Below are positions 40,577 to 51,094 of a stretch of DNA of 64,000 bases, one piece after another. This DNA comes from Alphaproteobacteria bacterium. Lineage in GTDB: Bacteria > Pseudomonadota > Alphaproteobacteria > MPNO01 > UBA830. Position numbers and translations under genes: made by a program. The first letter of the stretch is position 1, and each line of letters opens with the position of its first letter. Location: the NCBI GenBank assembly GCA_965243135.1, contig OZ251539.1:1600001-1664000 (forward strand), written 5' to 3'. The notes beneath the pieces are model-generated. The model was not told the DNA's origin. It did not search any database and was given only the letters and a program-made list of their open reading frames with translations.

Positions 40577-41952
40577 AGTTCCTCGTCTGCGGCGCGGGCC
40601 AGGTCGGGTTCCACATCGCCCGCCAGCTCTCCCTCGAGAACCACGACGTCACCGTGGTCGATTCCTCGGACCAGAACGTCCGCCTTCTCCGCGACACGCT
40701 GGACGTGCAGGCGGTGCAAGGCTTCGCCTCCAATCCCGACGTGCTGGAGCGCGCCAGCGCGTCGGACGCGGACATGCTCATCGCGGTGACCCAGTCGGAC
40801 GAGGTCAACATGGTCGCCTGCCAGGTCGCCCATTCCCTGTTCAGCGTCCCGATGAAGATCGCCCGGGTGCGCAACCGGAGTTATCTGCAACCGGTCTGGG
40901 CCGACGACCTGTTCGGCCGCGAAAACCTGCCGATCGACGTCGTCATTTCGCCCGAACGCGAGGTCGCGCGGGCCATCTCGAGCGATCTCGTCGTGCCCGG
41001 AGCTCTCGACGCGATCCCGATGGCGGATGGAAAGGTGCGGATGATCGGCGTTCGTTGCAACGACGATTGTCCGGTGATCAACACGCCCCTGCGCCAATTG
41101 ACGGGCGTCTTTCCCGATCTGAGCATCGTCGTCGTCGGGATCGTGCGGGACGGGCGGACGATCGTGCCGTCGGCCGAGGACGAGATGCTGGCCGGCGACG
41201 ACGTCTACTTCATCGCCGACAACGAACATGTCACGCGGGCCATGGCGGTGTTCGGGCACGAGGAGCGGCAGGCTCGGCGCGTGATCATCGTCGGCGGCGG
41301 GAACGTCGGCATGTTCCTCGCCGAGATGCTGCGCGACGATCATCCCGGCGTGACGACCCGGATCGTCGAACTGCACAAGGAGAGGGCCGAACTCGCCGCG
41401 AGGCGCGTGCCGACCGCCACCGTCATCAACGGCAGCGCGCTGGATCCGGAGATCCTCGAAGAGGCCGGAGTCGGGAACACGGAGGCCATCGTCGCGGTCA
41501 CCAACGACGACGAGACCAATATCCTCGGGTCGCTGCTCGCGAAGCGCCACGGCGCCCAGCGCGCGATCACGCTGATCAACGAAACGAACTATTCGCCCCT
41601 GGTCACGACGCTCGGCATCGACGCGGTCATCGGGCCGAGATCGATCACCGCGTCGACCATCCTTCAGCATGTCCGCCGCGGCCGGATTCGCAAGGTTCAT
41701 TCGCTCGGCGAACATCTCGGCGAGGTGATGGAGGCCGATATCCTCGAGACGTCGAGCCTCGCGGGCGTCGCAATCGGAAAGATGGATCTGCCGGAAGGGG
41801 TGATGTTCGGCGCGATCGTGCGCGGCGACCGCGTGATCACGCCGCGCAGCGGCTCGGTCGTCGAGAAGGACGACCGGGTCGTGATCTTCGTCCGACCGTC
41901 GGCCGTCCGCGAGGTCGAGCGGCGATTCACGGTCAGCCTCGAATTCTTCTGA
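40573..41952 (+). CDS. trkA: Trk potassium uptake protein TrkA
   Basis: GAGQVG, AVTQSDEVNMVAC, GGGNVG; two RCK domains. Confidence 0.95.
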   Translation: MKFLVCGAGQVGFHIARQLSLENHDVTVVDSSDQNVRLLRDTLDVQAVQGFASNPDVLERASASDADMLIAVTQSDEVNMVACQVAHSLFSVPMKIARVRNRSYLQPVWADDLFGRENLPIDVVISPEREVARAISSDLVVPGALDAIPMADGKVRMIGVRCNDDCPVINTPLRQLTGVFPDLSIVVVGIVRDGRTIVPSAEDEMLAGDDVYFIADNEHVTRAMAVFGHEERQARRVIIVGGGNVGMFLAEMLRDDHPGVTTRIVELHKERAELAARRVPTATVINGSALDPEILEEAGVGNTEAIVAVTNDDETNILGSLLAKRHGAQRAITLINETNYSPLVTTLGIDAVIGPRSITASTILQHVRRGRIRKVHSLGEHLGEVMEADILETSSLAGVAIGKMDLPEGVMFGAIVRGDRVITPRSGSVVEKDDRVVIFVRPSAVREVERRFTVSLEFF

Positions 41953-41953
41953 T

Positions 41954-42700
41954 ATGTTCGCAAGCCTGCCGCCGAGTTTCGCCGCCGCCCGGAGCCTGCG
42001 CGCCCCGCTCGCCGTGCTGTTCGACTGGGACGGCACGCTCGTCGACAGCTGGCCCGTCATTCACGAAAGCATGAACCGGACGCTGTCCGCCATGGGCTAT
42101 CCGGCCTGGTCCTTCGAGGAAACGGTCGGCCGGGCGCGGCGTTCGCTGAGGGACGCGTTCCCGGAACTGTTCGGCGAACGCTGGCGGGAGGCAAGGGACG
42201 TGTTCTACGCCGAATACAGGCGGTTGCATCTCGACCGGATCAAGGCGATCGACGGCGCCGAGGAACTGATCGAAGCCTGCCGCTCTCTCGGGTGCCGTCT
42301 GGGCGTGGTCAGCAACAAGTCCGGCCGCCATCTGCGGGAGGAGTCGGCGCATCTCGGCTGGGACGGATACTTCGCCGGCCGTCTGGTCGGAGCTGCGGAC
42401 GCGGCGAGGGACAAGCCCGCCGTCGAGCCGGTGACGCTGGCGCTGGCGGGCACGGACGTCGTTCCGTCGCCGGACGTCTGGTTCGTGGGCGACACGTGGG
42501 TGGACATGGCGTGCGGCCGCGCCGCGGGTTGCTTGACCGTCCTGGTCGGCGGTGCGGATCCCGGGGGCGAGGAATTCGAGAACTGCCGCCCGGACGCGCA
42601 TTTTTCGTCCTGCCGTGACCTGCTGGAGGTTGTAATGCGCCTCGGAGATTCCATATCATCAGCACTCCCGGACGGAAAAGAAACGGACAGGCGAAGATGA
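41954..42700 (+). CDS. HAD-family phosphatase (phosphoglycolate phosphatase-like)
   Basis: [24 protein letters not shown]. Confidence 0.88.
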   Translation: MFASLPPSFAAARSLRAPLAVLFDWDGTLVDSWPVIHESMNRTLSAMGYPAWSFEETVGRARRSLRDAFPELFGERWREARDVFYAEYRRLHLDRIKAIDGAEELIEACRSLGCRLGVVSNKSGRHLREESAHLGWDGYFAGRLVGAADAARDKPAVEPVTLALAGTDVVPSPDVWFVGDTWVDMACGRAAGCLTVLVGGADPGGEEFENCRPDAHFSSCRDLLEVVMRLGDSISSALPDGKETDRRR

Positions 42701-42933
42701 CATCGTCCCAGAATCTGCAGGAAACGTTCCTCAACCACGTGCGCAAGAACAGGACGCAGGTCACGGTTTTTCTCGTGAACGGCGTGAAACTGCTCGGGCA
42801 CATCACGTGGTTCGACAATTTTTGCATTCTCCTGCATCGCGACGGGCACTCGCAGCTCGTCTTCAAGCACGCGATTTCCACCATCATGCCCGCAGGGCCG
42901 ATTTCGCTTCGGGACGGCGACTCCGACGCGTGA
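42697..42933 (+). CDS. hfq: RNA chaperone Hfq
   Basis: [23 protein letters not shown]; upstream of hflX. Confidence 0.95.
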   Translation: MTSSQNLQETFLNHVRKNRTQVTVFLVNGVKLLGHITWFDNFCILLHRDGHSQLVFKHAISTIMPAGPISLRDGDSDA

Positions 42934-44207
42934 GTCGACCTGAGTTGGCTTCCGGCTCCCGGATCCGCGCCGTCGTCCTGCATCCCTGCGCGAAGTCGGG
43001 CGGGCGGGACGGGCGAGGGCCCGCGTCCAGGCTGGAGGAGGCGGTCGGCCTCGCCGCCGCGATCGACCTGGAGGTGGTCGCGAGCGAGATCGTGCCGATC
43101 GGGAAGATCAGCGCGGGCCGTTTTTTCGGGACCGGCGCGGCGGAGCGCCTGGGCGACCTCGTCGCGGCCCTCGGCGCGGAGGTGGTGAGCGTCGACGCGG
43201 CCCTGACGCCGGTCCAGCAGCGCAATCTGGAAACGGCGTGGAAGGCGAAGGTGATCGACCGAACCGGACTGATTCTCGAGATCTTCGGCGCCCGCGCGCG
43301 CACCCGGGAAGGCGCGTTGCAGGTCGAACTGGCCCATCTGACCTATCAACGAAGCCGGCTGGTGAGGACCTGGACCCATCTGGAGCGCCAGCGCGGCGGG
43401 TTCGGCTTCCTGGGCGGCCCGGGCGAGACCCAGATCGAGGCGGACCGGCGCGCGATCTCGGAGCGAATCGCCGGCATCCGCCGCCAACTCGAAGGCGTGA
43501 GGCGAACCCGGCAGCTTCACCGGGCCGGGCGCGCGCAATACCCGGTCGTCGCGCTCGTGGGCTACACGAACGCCGGCAAGTCGACGCTCTTCAACCGGCT
43601 GACGGGCGCCGCCGCGGAGGCGCGGGATCTGTTGTTCGCGACCCTGGATCCGGCCATGCGCGCGGCGAGCCTGCCGTCGGGCCGCCAGGCGATCCTGTCC
43701 GATACCGTCGGTTTCGTCTCGAATCTGCCGACGACGCTGATCGCCTCGTTCCGGGCGACGCTGGAGGAAGTGACCCGGGCCGACGTCGTGGTTCACGTGC
43801 GCGACGCCTCGCATCCCGACACGGCCGCTCAAAGGGAGGACGTGCATCGGGTGCTGGGGGAGCTCGGCGTGGCGCGAGGGGAGAACTACCTCGAAGTCCT
43901 CAACAAGATCGACGCGCTCGACGGCGACGTTCCGGCCGCCTGCGACCGCCGCGCGATCATGCTGTCGGCGCGGACCGGAGAAAACTGCGCCGCGCTCGCG
44001 GAGAGGCTCGACGCCCTTCTGGCCGCCGGCCGCGAGGTCGTGCGCGTCGAACTGGCCCAGGCCGACGGCGCGGCGATATCGTGGCTCTATCGAAACGCCG
44101 AGGTGCTGGAGCGCCGGGACAGGGGGGAGGCCGCGCATCTGGAGGTCGCGATTTCCGAGGCGGCGCTGGCCCGGTTCCGAAAAATTTTTCCCGGAGCCTT
44201 GAAATGA
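42930..44207 (+). CDS. hflX: GTPase HflX
   Basis: [35 protein letters not shown]. Confidence 0.96.
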   Translation: MSRPELASGSRIRAVVLHPCAKSGGRDGRGPASRLEEAVGLAAAIDLEVVASEIVPIGKISAGRFFGTGAAERLGDLVAALGAEVVSVDAALTPVQQRNLETAWKAKVIDRTGLILEIFGARARTREGALQVELAHLTYQRSRLVRTWTHLERQRGGFGFLGGPGETQIEADRRAISERIAGIRRQLEGVRRTRQLHRAGRAQYPVVALVGYTNAGKSTLFNRLTGAAAEARDLLFATLDPAMRAASLPSGRQAILSDTVGFVSNLPTTLIASFRATLEEVTRADVVVHVRDASHPDTAAQREDVHRVLGELGVARGENYLEVLNKIDALDGDVPAACDRRAIMLSARTGENCAALAERLDALLAAGREVVRVELAQADGAAISWLYRNAEVLERRDRGEAAHLEVAISEAALARFRKIFPGALK

Positions 44208-44226
44208 ATTGCCGGACCGATTATCT
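44198..44226 (+). promoter_or_regulatory. Putative RpoH (sigma32)-type promoter of groESL
   Basis: CTTGAA ... CCGATTATCT directly upstream of CIRCE. Confidence 0.5.
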
Positions 44227-44228
44227 TG

Positions 44229-44255
44229 TTGTCACTCACCGGCGGAGAGTGCTGG
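44229..44255 (+). promoter_or_regulatory. CIRCE element (HrcA operator)
   Basis: TTGTCACTC-N9-GAGTGCTGG versus consensus TTAGCACTC-N9-GAGTGCTAA, upstream of groES. Confidence 0.85.
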
Positions 44256-44297
44256 TAGAGACACGTGTTGGAACAAGAACGAACGGAGAGAGGGTCG

Positions 44298-46233
<1,936 letters not shown>

Positions 46234-46257
46234 GCCGGTCGTCCGGAAACCTACGAG

Positions 46258-46291
46258 AGACCGCCGCAGGCGAGCCTGCGGCGGTCTTTTT
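46258..46291 (+). terminator. Rho-independent terminator of groESL
   Basis: AGACCGCCGCAGG-CGAG-CCTGCGGCGGTCT followed by T run. Confidence 0.9.
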
Positions 46292-46303
46292 ATTATTGCA
46301 TTC

Positions 46304-47107
46304 ATGCCTGTCGTCGTTCCCGATTCGCACGCCGTCGAAGCGCTGATCCGCGAGGTCAGCGCGGCGGAGGTCATGCCGCGCTTCGTCAAACCGGGCGAGA
46401 GCTGGAAGAAGCGGGCCGGCTCGGTGGTCACCGAGGCCGACGTCGCGGCGGAAGCGTTCCTCGCCGCCGAACTGCCGGCACTGCTGCCGGGTTCCGCGGT
46501 CGTCGGCGAGGAGATGGCCGAAGGCGATCCGGCCGTTCTCGAACGGCTCGACGACGACGCGCCCGTCTGGGTGATCGACCCGGTGGACGGAACGTCGAAT
46601 TTCGCCCGGGGAAACCCGGACTTCGCGGTGATGGTCGGGCTCGTCGCGCGGCGCGAGACGGTGGCCGGCTGGATCTACCGGCCGGTCGAGGACGCGATGT
46701 ACGCGGCCGAGGCCGGGGCAGGGGCCTACAGGAACGGCGAGCGGCTCGCCGTCGCGCCCGCGCCGACGGACTTCCGCGAACTCGAAGGATCGCTCGGCGG
46801 CTTTCTGAGAAGGCGCACCGACCTGCCCGAACGTTTCGCTCGCGTCACCGCCACCCAATCCATCGGCGTCGACTATTGCGCGCTTGCGGACGGCGCCATT
46901 CACTTCGCGCATTACCGGGGCGTCTCGGCGTGGGATCATGCGCCGGGCTTTCTGTTGCATGCGGAGGCCGGGGGAGTCGGCCGTTGTCTCGATGGTTCGG
47001 CCTATCGCATCGGGTTGCCGCAGGAGGGCGGGCTGCTGCTGGCGCCGGACGAAGCGACATGGGAGAAGCTGCGGGAACCGATCGCCGCGGCGCTCCCGAA
47101 GGCGTAA
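46304..47107 (+). CDS. Inositol monophosphatase family protein
   Basis: VTEAD, VGEE, WVIDPVDGTSNF, WDHAPG. Confidence 0.9.
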   Translation: MPVVVPDSHAVEALIREVSAAEVMPRFVKPGESWKKRAGSVVTEADVAAEAFLAAELPALLPGSAVVGEEMAEGDPAVLERLDDDAPVWVIDPVDGTSNFARGNPDFAVMVGLVARRETVAGWIYRPVEDAMYAAEAGAGAYRNGERLAVAPAPTDFRELEGSLGGFLRRRTDLPERFARVTATQSIGVDYCALADGAIHFAHYRGVSAWDHAPGFLLHAEAGGVGRCLDGSAYRIGLPQEGGLLLAPDEATWEKLREPIAAALPKA

Positions 47108-47172
47108 ACGGCGGGCGGCTCGCGCCGCGAGAGGGACGGACGAAAAAATTTCGCGCGGCGCAGACGTTTCTT

Positions 47173-47227
47173 CTTGAACATTTCCAAAACATGCCATATG
47201 TTCGACTTCGACGTTCGACTTACGTTT
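47173..47227 (+). promoter_or_regulatory. Putative promoter/operator region of the Rpn gene
   Basis: CTTGAA-N15-CCATAT (sigma32-like) or TTGAAC-N17-TATGTT (sigma70-like); GAAC-N7-AAAC and GTTC-N7-GTTT near-LexA boxes. Confidence 0.55.
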
Positions 47228-47286
47228 TGGCATTTCGGAAGCCTCGGGCGCTCCGTCGGCCGGGCCCCGGGGAGAGGAGAGAAACA

Positions 47287-48354
47287 ATGAGCAACCATGC
47301 CGCATACATGCAGCTGTTCGACCATCCGCGGGCGCCCCGAGATCTGCTCCGCGGCTTCGTGCCGAAGAAACCGTTCCGCACTGTCCATTTCGATACCCTG
47401 CAACCGGTGCCGACGGTATTCGCGGGCCCCGAACCGGACCAGCGGCGCAGCGTCAATGTCTGGCGCGTTCGCGTTCGCCTAGACAAACGGGATCATTGGC
47501 TCTACCTCGTCGTTCTGCTGGAGTTCCAGTCCGCGGTCGATCGCGACACGACGTATCGGATGCTGCTCTATAGCTTGCTGATACACGCGAAACTGACGCG
47601 CGAGGATCCGTCGCGATACCACGGGAAAATGCCGCTGGTGCTGCCGGTTGCCGTCCACGACGGGCAGGCGGTGCGAAATATGGACGGGCTGCTTACCGAC
47701 ATGGTCGACGAGTTCCTTCGGCCTTATCAGCCGCAGCAACATCTCATTCCGATCGACCTTCGCCAAGCGGTCGAGAAGCCGCTGCTGGACAACGTTTTGT
47801 ATGCGGCGACGTTGATCGAGCGGGGCAGGTGGGCGGAGTTGTCGCCGACGCTCTCGAAGCTCGAAGAGACGACCGACCCGGTGGCCGACGCGGATCTTCG
47901 TCGTCGGGTCGCGGAGTTGGCCCGGCAGGCGGCGGACGGCGGACGGGCGCCGGACGAGGTGCTGACGAAACTGAAGGCGCACCAGGCGGCAGGGGAACTG
48001 GGAGCGATGGGATCGTTGTTGGCCGAACGGATGGACCAGGCTGTCGACGAGAGCGGCGCCAGGAGTCCGGGCGAAGCGCAAGGATTCGACGACCCGGCCA
48101 ATCAGGCCGCGCTCAGTACGCTGGGCATGCACTTTCGGCGCGAGACGTTGTTGAGCGACGCGGCGGTGAAGTACAACGTGGAGACGGCCACGCGCCTCGA
48201 GGCGATGCTGGCGCCTATCGACGACCCTGAATTTTTTCGAGGGCTCGCCGACTTCGTGCGAATCAGCGGCGATGTCGACGAATTGCTGTCCCTCGTAACG
48301 GAAGATATCGAACGGCGCCTCGGCGCGCCTCGGCGCCCGGTTCCGGCGGCGTAG
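47287..48354 (+). CDS. Rpn/YhgA-family recombination-promoting nuclease (putative transposase), degenerate active site
   Basis: LFDHP..RDLLRGFV, VWRVR, LYLVVLLEFQSAVD..YRMLLY, PLVLPVAV; AGGAG upstream of ATG. Confidence 0.85.
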   Translation: MSNHAAYMQLFDHPRAPRDLLRGFVPKKPFRTVHFDTLQPVPTVFAGPEPDQRRSVNVWRVRVRLDKRDHWLYLVVLLEFQSAVDRDTTYRMLLYSLLIHAKLTREDPSRYHGKMPLVLPVAVHDGQAVRNMDGLLTDMVDEFLRPYQPQQHLIPIDLRQAVEKPLLDNVLYAATLIERGRWAELSPTLSKLEETTDPVADADLRRRVAELARQAADGGRAPDEVLTKLKAHQAAGELGAMGSLLAERMDQAVDESGARSPGEAQGFDDPANQAALSTLGMHFRRETLLSDAAVKYNVETATRLEAMLAPIDDPEFFRGLADFVRISGDVDELLSLVTEDIERRLGAPRRPVPAA

Positions 48355-48375
48355 CGGCGAGGCGCCGGAACCGGG
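48336..48375 (+). terminator. 13-bp hairpin spanning the Rpn stop codon
   Basis: CCCGGTTCCGGCG-N14-CGCCGGAACCGGG; no U-tract. Confidence 0.35.
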
Positions 48376-48592
48376 AGGACGCGGGCCGCGGGTCGGCGAC
48401 CTGCGAGCGGTAGAAAAAAAGCGGCGCGCGAACGCCTCGACGGTCCGAAGTCTTGAAACTCCGGCGGCTCCGAAATACACTCCGGAATCGCAAAGCCTTG
48501 TCTCCAGGGTCGGCGATTCTTCGTTCGCATCGCTCCGAACGCGAGGGCCGGGGAGACGGCGAAATCTGAACAACGGGCGGCAGGAAGCGATT

Positions 48593-49462
48593 ATGGTCGA
48601 CAGGAGAGGGGCTTTCGTCGGCCTCGGCGTGATGGGATATCCGATGGCTGGCCATCTCGCGAAGAACGGCTGCGGGATGACGGTCTACAACCGCACGGCG
48701 TCGAAGGCGGACCGGTGGGCGCGGGAATATGGCGGAAACGCTCGACCGACGCCGGCGGAAGCGGCTCGCGGGGCGGATTACGTCATGACCTGCGTCGGCA
48801 ACGACGCCGATTTGCGCGACGTGGTATTGGGCGAGACCGGAGCCTTCGCCGGGATGAAGGAAGGCGCGGTTCTGATCGATCATACGACGACATCGGCAGC
48901 CGTTGCGCGGGAACTGGCCGAAGCGGCGAACGAACGCGGGCTTGGCTTTCTCGACGCGCCGGTTTCCGGAGGGCAGGCGGGAGCCGAAAACGGCGCGCTC
49001 ACCATCATGGTGGGCGGCGACGAAGCGATCTTCGAGGCCGCGGGTCCGATTTTGCAGTGCTACGGCAAAACCGTCGTTCGGATGGGCGAAGCCGGCGCGG
49101 GCCAACTCACCAAGATGGTCAACCAGATCTGCATCGCCGGGTTGCTGCAAGGACTCGCCGAAGGCCTCAATTTCGCCGTCAAGGCCGGGGTCGATCCGGT
49201 TCGCGCGGCCGAAGTCATGTCGGGGGGCGCCGCGCAGTCGTGGCAGATGGACAATCGGGCCGCCACCATGGCGGCCGGCGAGTTCGACTTCGGCTTTGCC
49301 GTCGAGTGGATGCGCAAGGATCTCGGCATCTGCCTCGACGAGGCGCGCCGCAACGGAGCGCGCCTGCCGGTCGCCGCGCTGGTGGACCAGTTCTACGCGG
49401 CGGTGCAGGCGAGGGGAGGCGGCCGTTTCGACACCTCGAGCCTCATTCTGAACCTGGGATAG
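48593..49462 (+). CDS. NAD(P)-dependent beta-hydroxyacid dehydrogenase (3-hydroxyisobutyrate dehydrogenase family)
   Basis: FVGLGVMGYPMA, YNRT, DAPVSGG, KMVNQ, KDLG. Confidence 0.9.
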   Translation: MVDRRGAFVGLGVMGYPMAGHLAKNGCGMTVYNRTASKADRWAREYGGNARPTPAEAARGADYVMTCVGNDADLRDVVLGETGAFAGMKEGAVLIDHTTTSAAVARELAEAANERGLGFLDAPVSGGQAGAENGALTIMVGGDEAIFEAAGPILQCYGKTVVRMGEAGAGQLTKMVNQICIAGLLQGLAEGLNFAVKAGVDPVRAAEVMSGGAAQSWQMDNRAATMAAGEFDFGFAVEWMRKDLGICLDEARRNGARLPVAALVDQFYAAVQARGGGRFDTSSLILNLG

Positions 49463-50264
49463 TTTCCTTCTTCGCCTGCCGCCACAGCCTGTCCAGTTCC
49501 TCAGGATCCGTCCCGGCGAGAGTTTTGCCGTCTTCCGCGAGGCCGCTCTCGACGCTGCGCAGGCGGCGTTCGAACTTGGCGTTGGCCTCCCGAAGCGCGA
49601 CTTCGGCGTCGACCTCCAGATGCCGCGCCAGATTCACGCAGGCGAATAGCAGGTCTCCGGCTTCGTCGCGGAGCCGTTCGGGCGTCCCGCCGTTCGCGAT
49701 TTCGGCTTCGAGTTCCCCGAGCTCTTCGCGGATCTTGGCGACGACCGGCCCCAGGTCGCGCCAGTCGAAACCCGCGAGCGAGGCGCGGCGCTGCAGTTTC
49801 TGGGCCCGCATGAGCGCCGGCAGCGCCAGCGCGACGCCGTCGAGGACGCCGGACCGCCCGTCGGCGCGGGCGGCGCGTTCCGCCGCCTTGCGGGCTTCCC
49901 ATGAGCCGGGTTCGGCGTCGCCGAAGACGTGCGGATGGCGGTCCCGCATCTTGTCGGCGATGCGGCGCGCGATGTCGGCGAACTCGAAGCCGCCGCGTTC
50001 GCGCGACATCTGCGCGTAGAACACGATCTGGAACAAGAGATCGCCGAGCTCGTCCTCGAGATGGTCCATGTCGCCGCGTTCGATCGCGTCCGCGACCTCG
50101 TACGCTTCTTCGATGGTGTAGGGGGCGATGGTGTCGAAGGTCTGTTCGCGGTCCCACGGGCAACCGGTCGCCGGATCGCGCAGTCGGGCTATGACGTCGA
50201 GCAGGTCCTGGAGAGCGGACGGCGCGGCGGCGGGCGCAGGTTCAGGGGGATCCGATTGTCGCAT
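49443..50264 (-). CDS. mazG: Nucleoside triphosphate pyrophosphohydrolase MazG
   Basis: GCPWDREQT, EEAYEV, ELGDLLFQ, RHPHVF, GFDW. Confidence 0.95.
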   Translation of the reverse strand: MRQSDPPEPAPAAAPSALQDLLDVIARLRDPATGCPWDREQTFDTIAPYTIEEAYEVADAIERGDMDHLEDELGDLLFQIVFYAQMSRERGGFEFADIARRIADKMRDRHPHVFGDAEPGSWEARKAAERAARADGRSGVLDGVALALPALMRAQKLQRRASLAGFDWRDLGPVVAKIREELGELEAEIANGGTPERLRDEAGDLLFACVNLARHLEVDAEVALREANAKFERRLRSVESGLAEDGKTLAGTDPEELDRLWRQAKKETIPGSE

Positions 50265-50272
50265 AATGCATA

Positions 50273-51094
50273 TTATGGATTATTATTGGGGGATCGGGAA
50301 ACGGAGCCGGCGGAGCCTTCGTTCGGTCGCTTCGCCTTGTCGAACAACCGAAAGAAGTTGTTCGTCGTAACCTCTGAAATATAATCCTTTTCGACGTTCC
50401 TGATCTCCGCGATCCGATCCGCGACATGCGTCACGAACGACGGCTCGTTTCGTTTTCCGCGATTGGGAACCGGCGCGAGAAACGGCGAATCCGTCTCGAC
50501 CAGCAGCCGTTCCATCGGGAGGTCGGCAACGATGTCGCGCAGTTCCTGGGCGTTCCGGAACGTGACGATGCCCGAAATCGAGATGTGGAACCCGAGGGCC
50601 AGCGCGCGTTGCGCCAGTTCGCGGCTCGACGAAAAGCAATGAAGAACGCCCGGAAAGGCGCCCTTTTCCGCTTCGTCCTCGAGAATCGCCGCCATGTCGC
50701 CGTCCGACTCGCGATTGTGGACGATCAGCGGCAACCCGGTCCGGCGCGCCGCCGCGATATGGGCGCGGAAACTTCGTTGCTGTACGTCGCGCGGGCTGTT
50801 GTCGTAGTGGTAGTCGAGCCCGGTCTCGCCGATGCCGACGACCTTCGGATGGTCGGCCGCGGCGACGAGGCCGGTCACCGGTTGCTCTTCCGCCGCATGA
50901 TGGGGATGAACGCCGGCCGAACACCATACGGACGGCTCGCTATCCGCGACCGCGAGCACCTCGTCGAACCGGCTCAGCCGCGTGCAGATCGTAACCATCG
51001 TTCCGACGCCCGCCGCGTGGGCGCGGCGAACGGCGTCGAAACGGTCTTCCTCGAACGCCTCGAATTCGAGATGGCAGTGGCTGTCGACGAGCAT
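50273..51094 (-). CDS. tatD: TatD-family hydrolase
   Basis: DSHCHL, GVHPH, GETGLDY, LHCF, ETDSPFLAP. Confidence 0.93.
   Translation of the reverse strand: MLVDSHCHLEFEAFEEDRFDAVRRAHAAGVGTMVTICTRLSRFDEVLAVADSEPSVWCSAGVHPHHAAEEQPVTGLVAAADHPKVVGIGETGLDYHYDNSPRDVQQRSFRAHIAAARRTGLPLIVHNRESDGDMAAILEDEAEKGAFPGVLHCFSSSRELAQRALALGFHISISGIVTFRNAQELRDIVADLPMERLLVETDSPFLAPVPNRGKRNEPSFVTHVADRIAEIRNVEKDYISEVTTNNFFRLFDKAKRPNEGSAGSVSRSPNNNP

Noticed and set aside
47108-48592. Rpn gene as an IS element
   Set aside because: No terminal inverted repeats or target-site duplication seen; Rpn proteins are not demonstrated transposases
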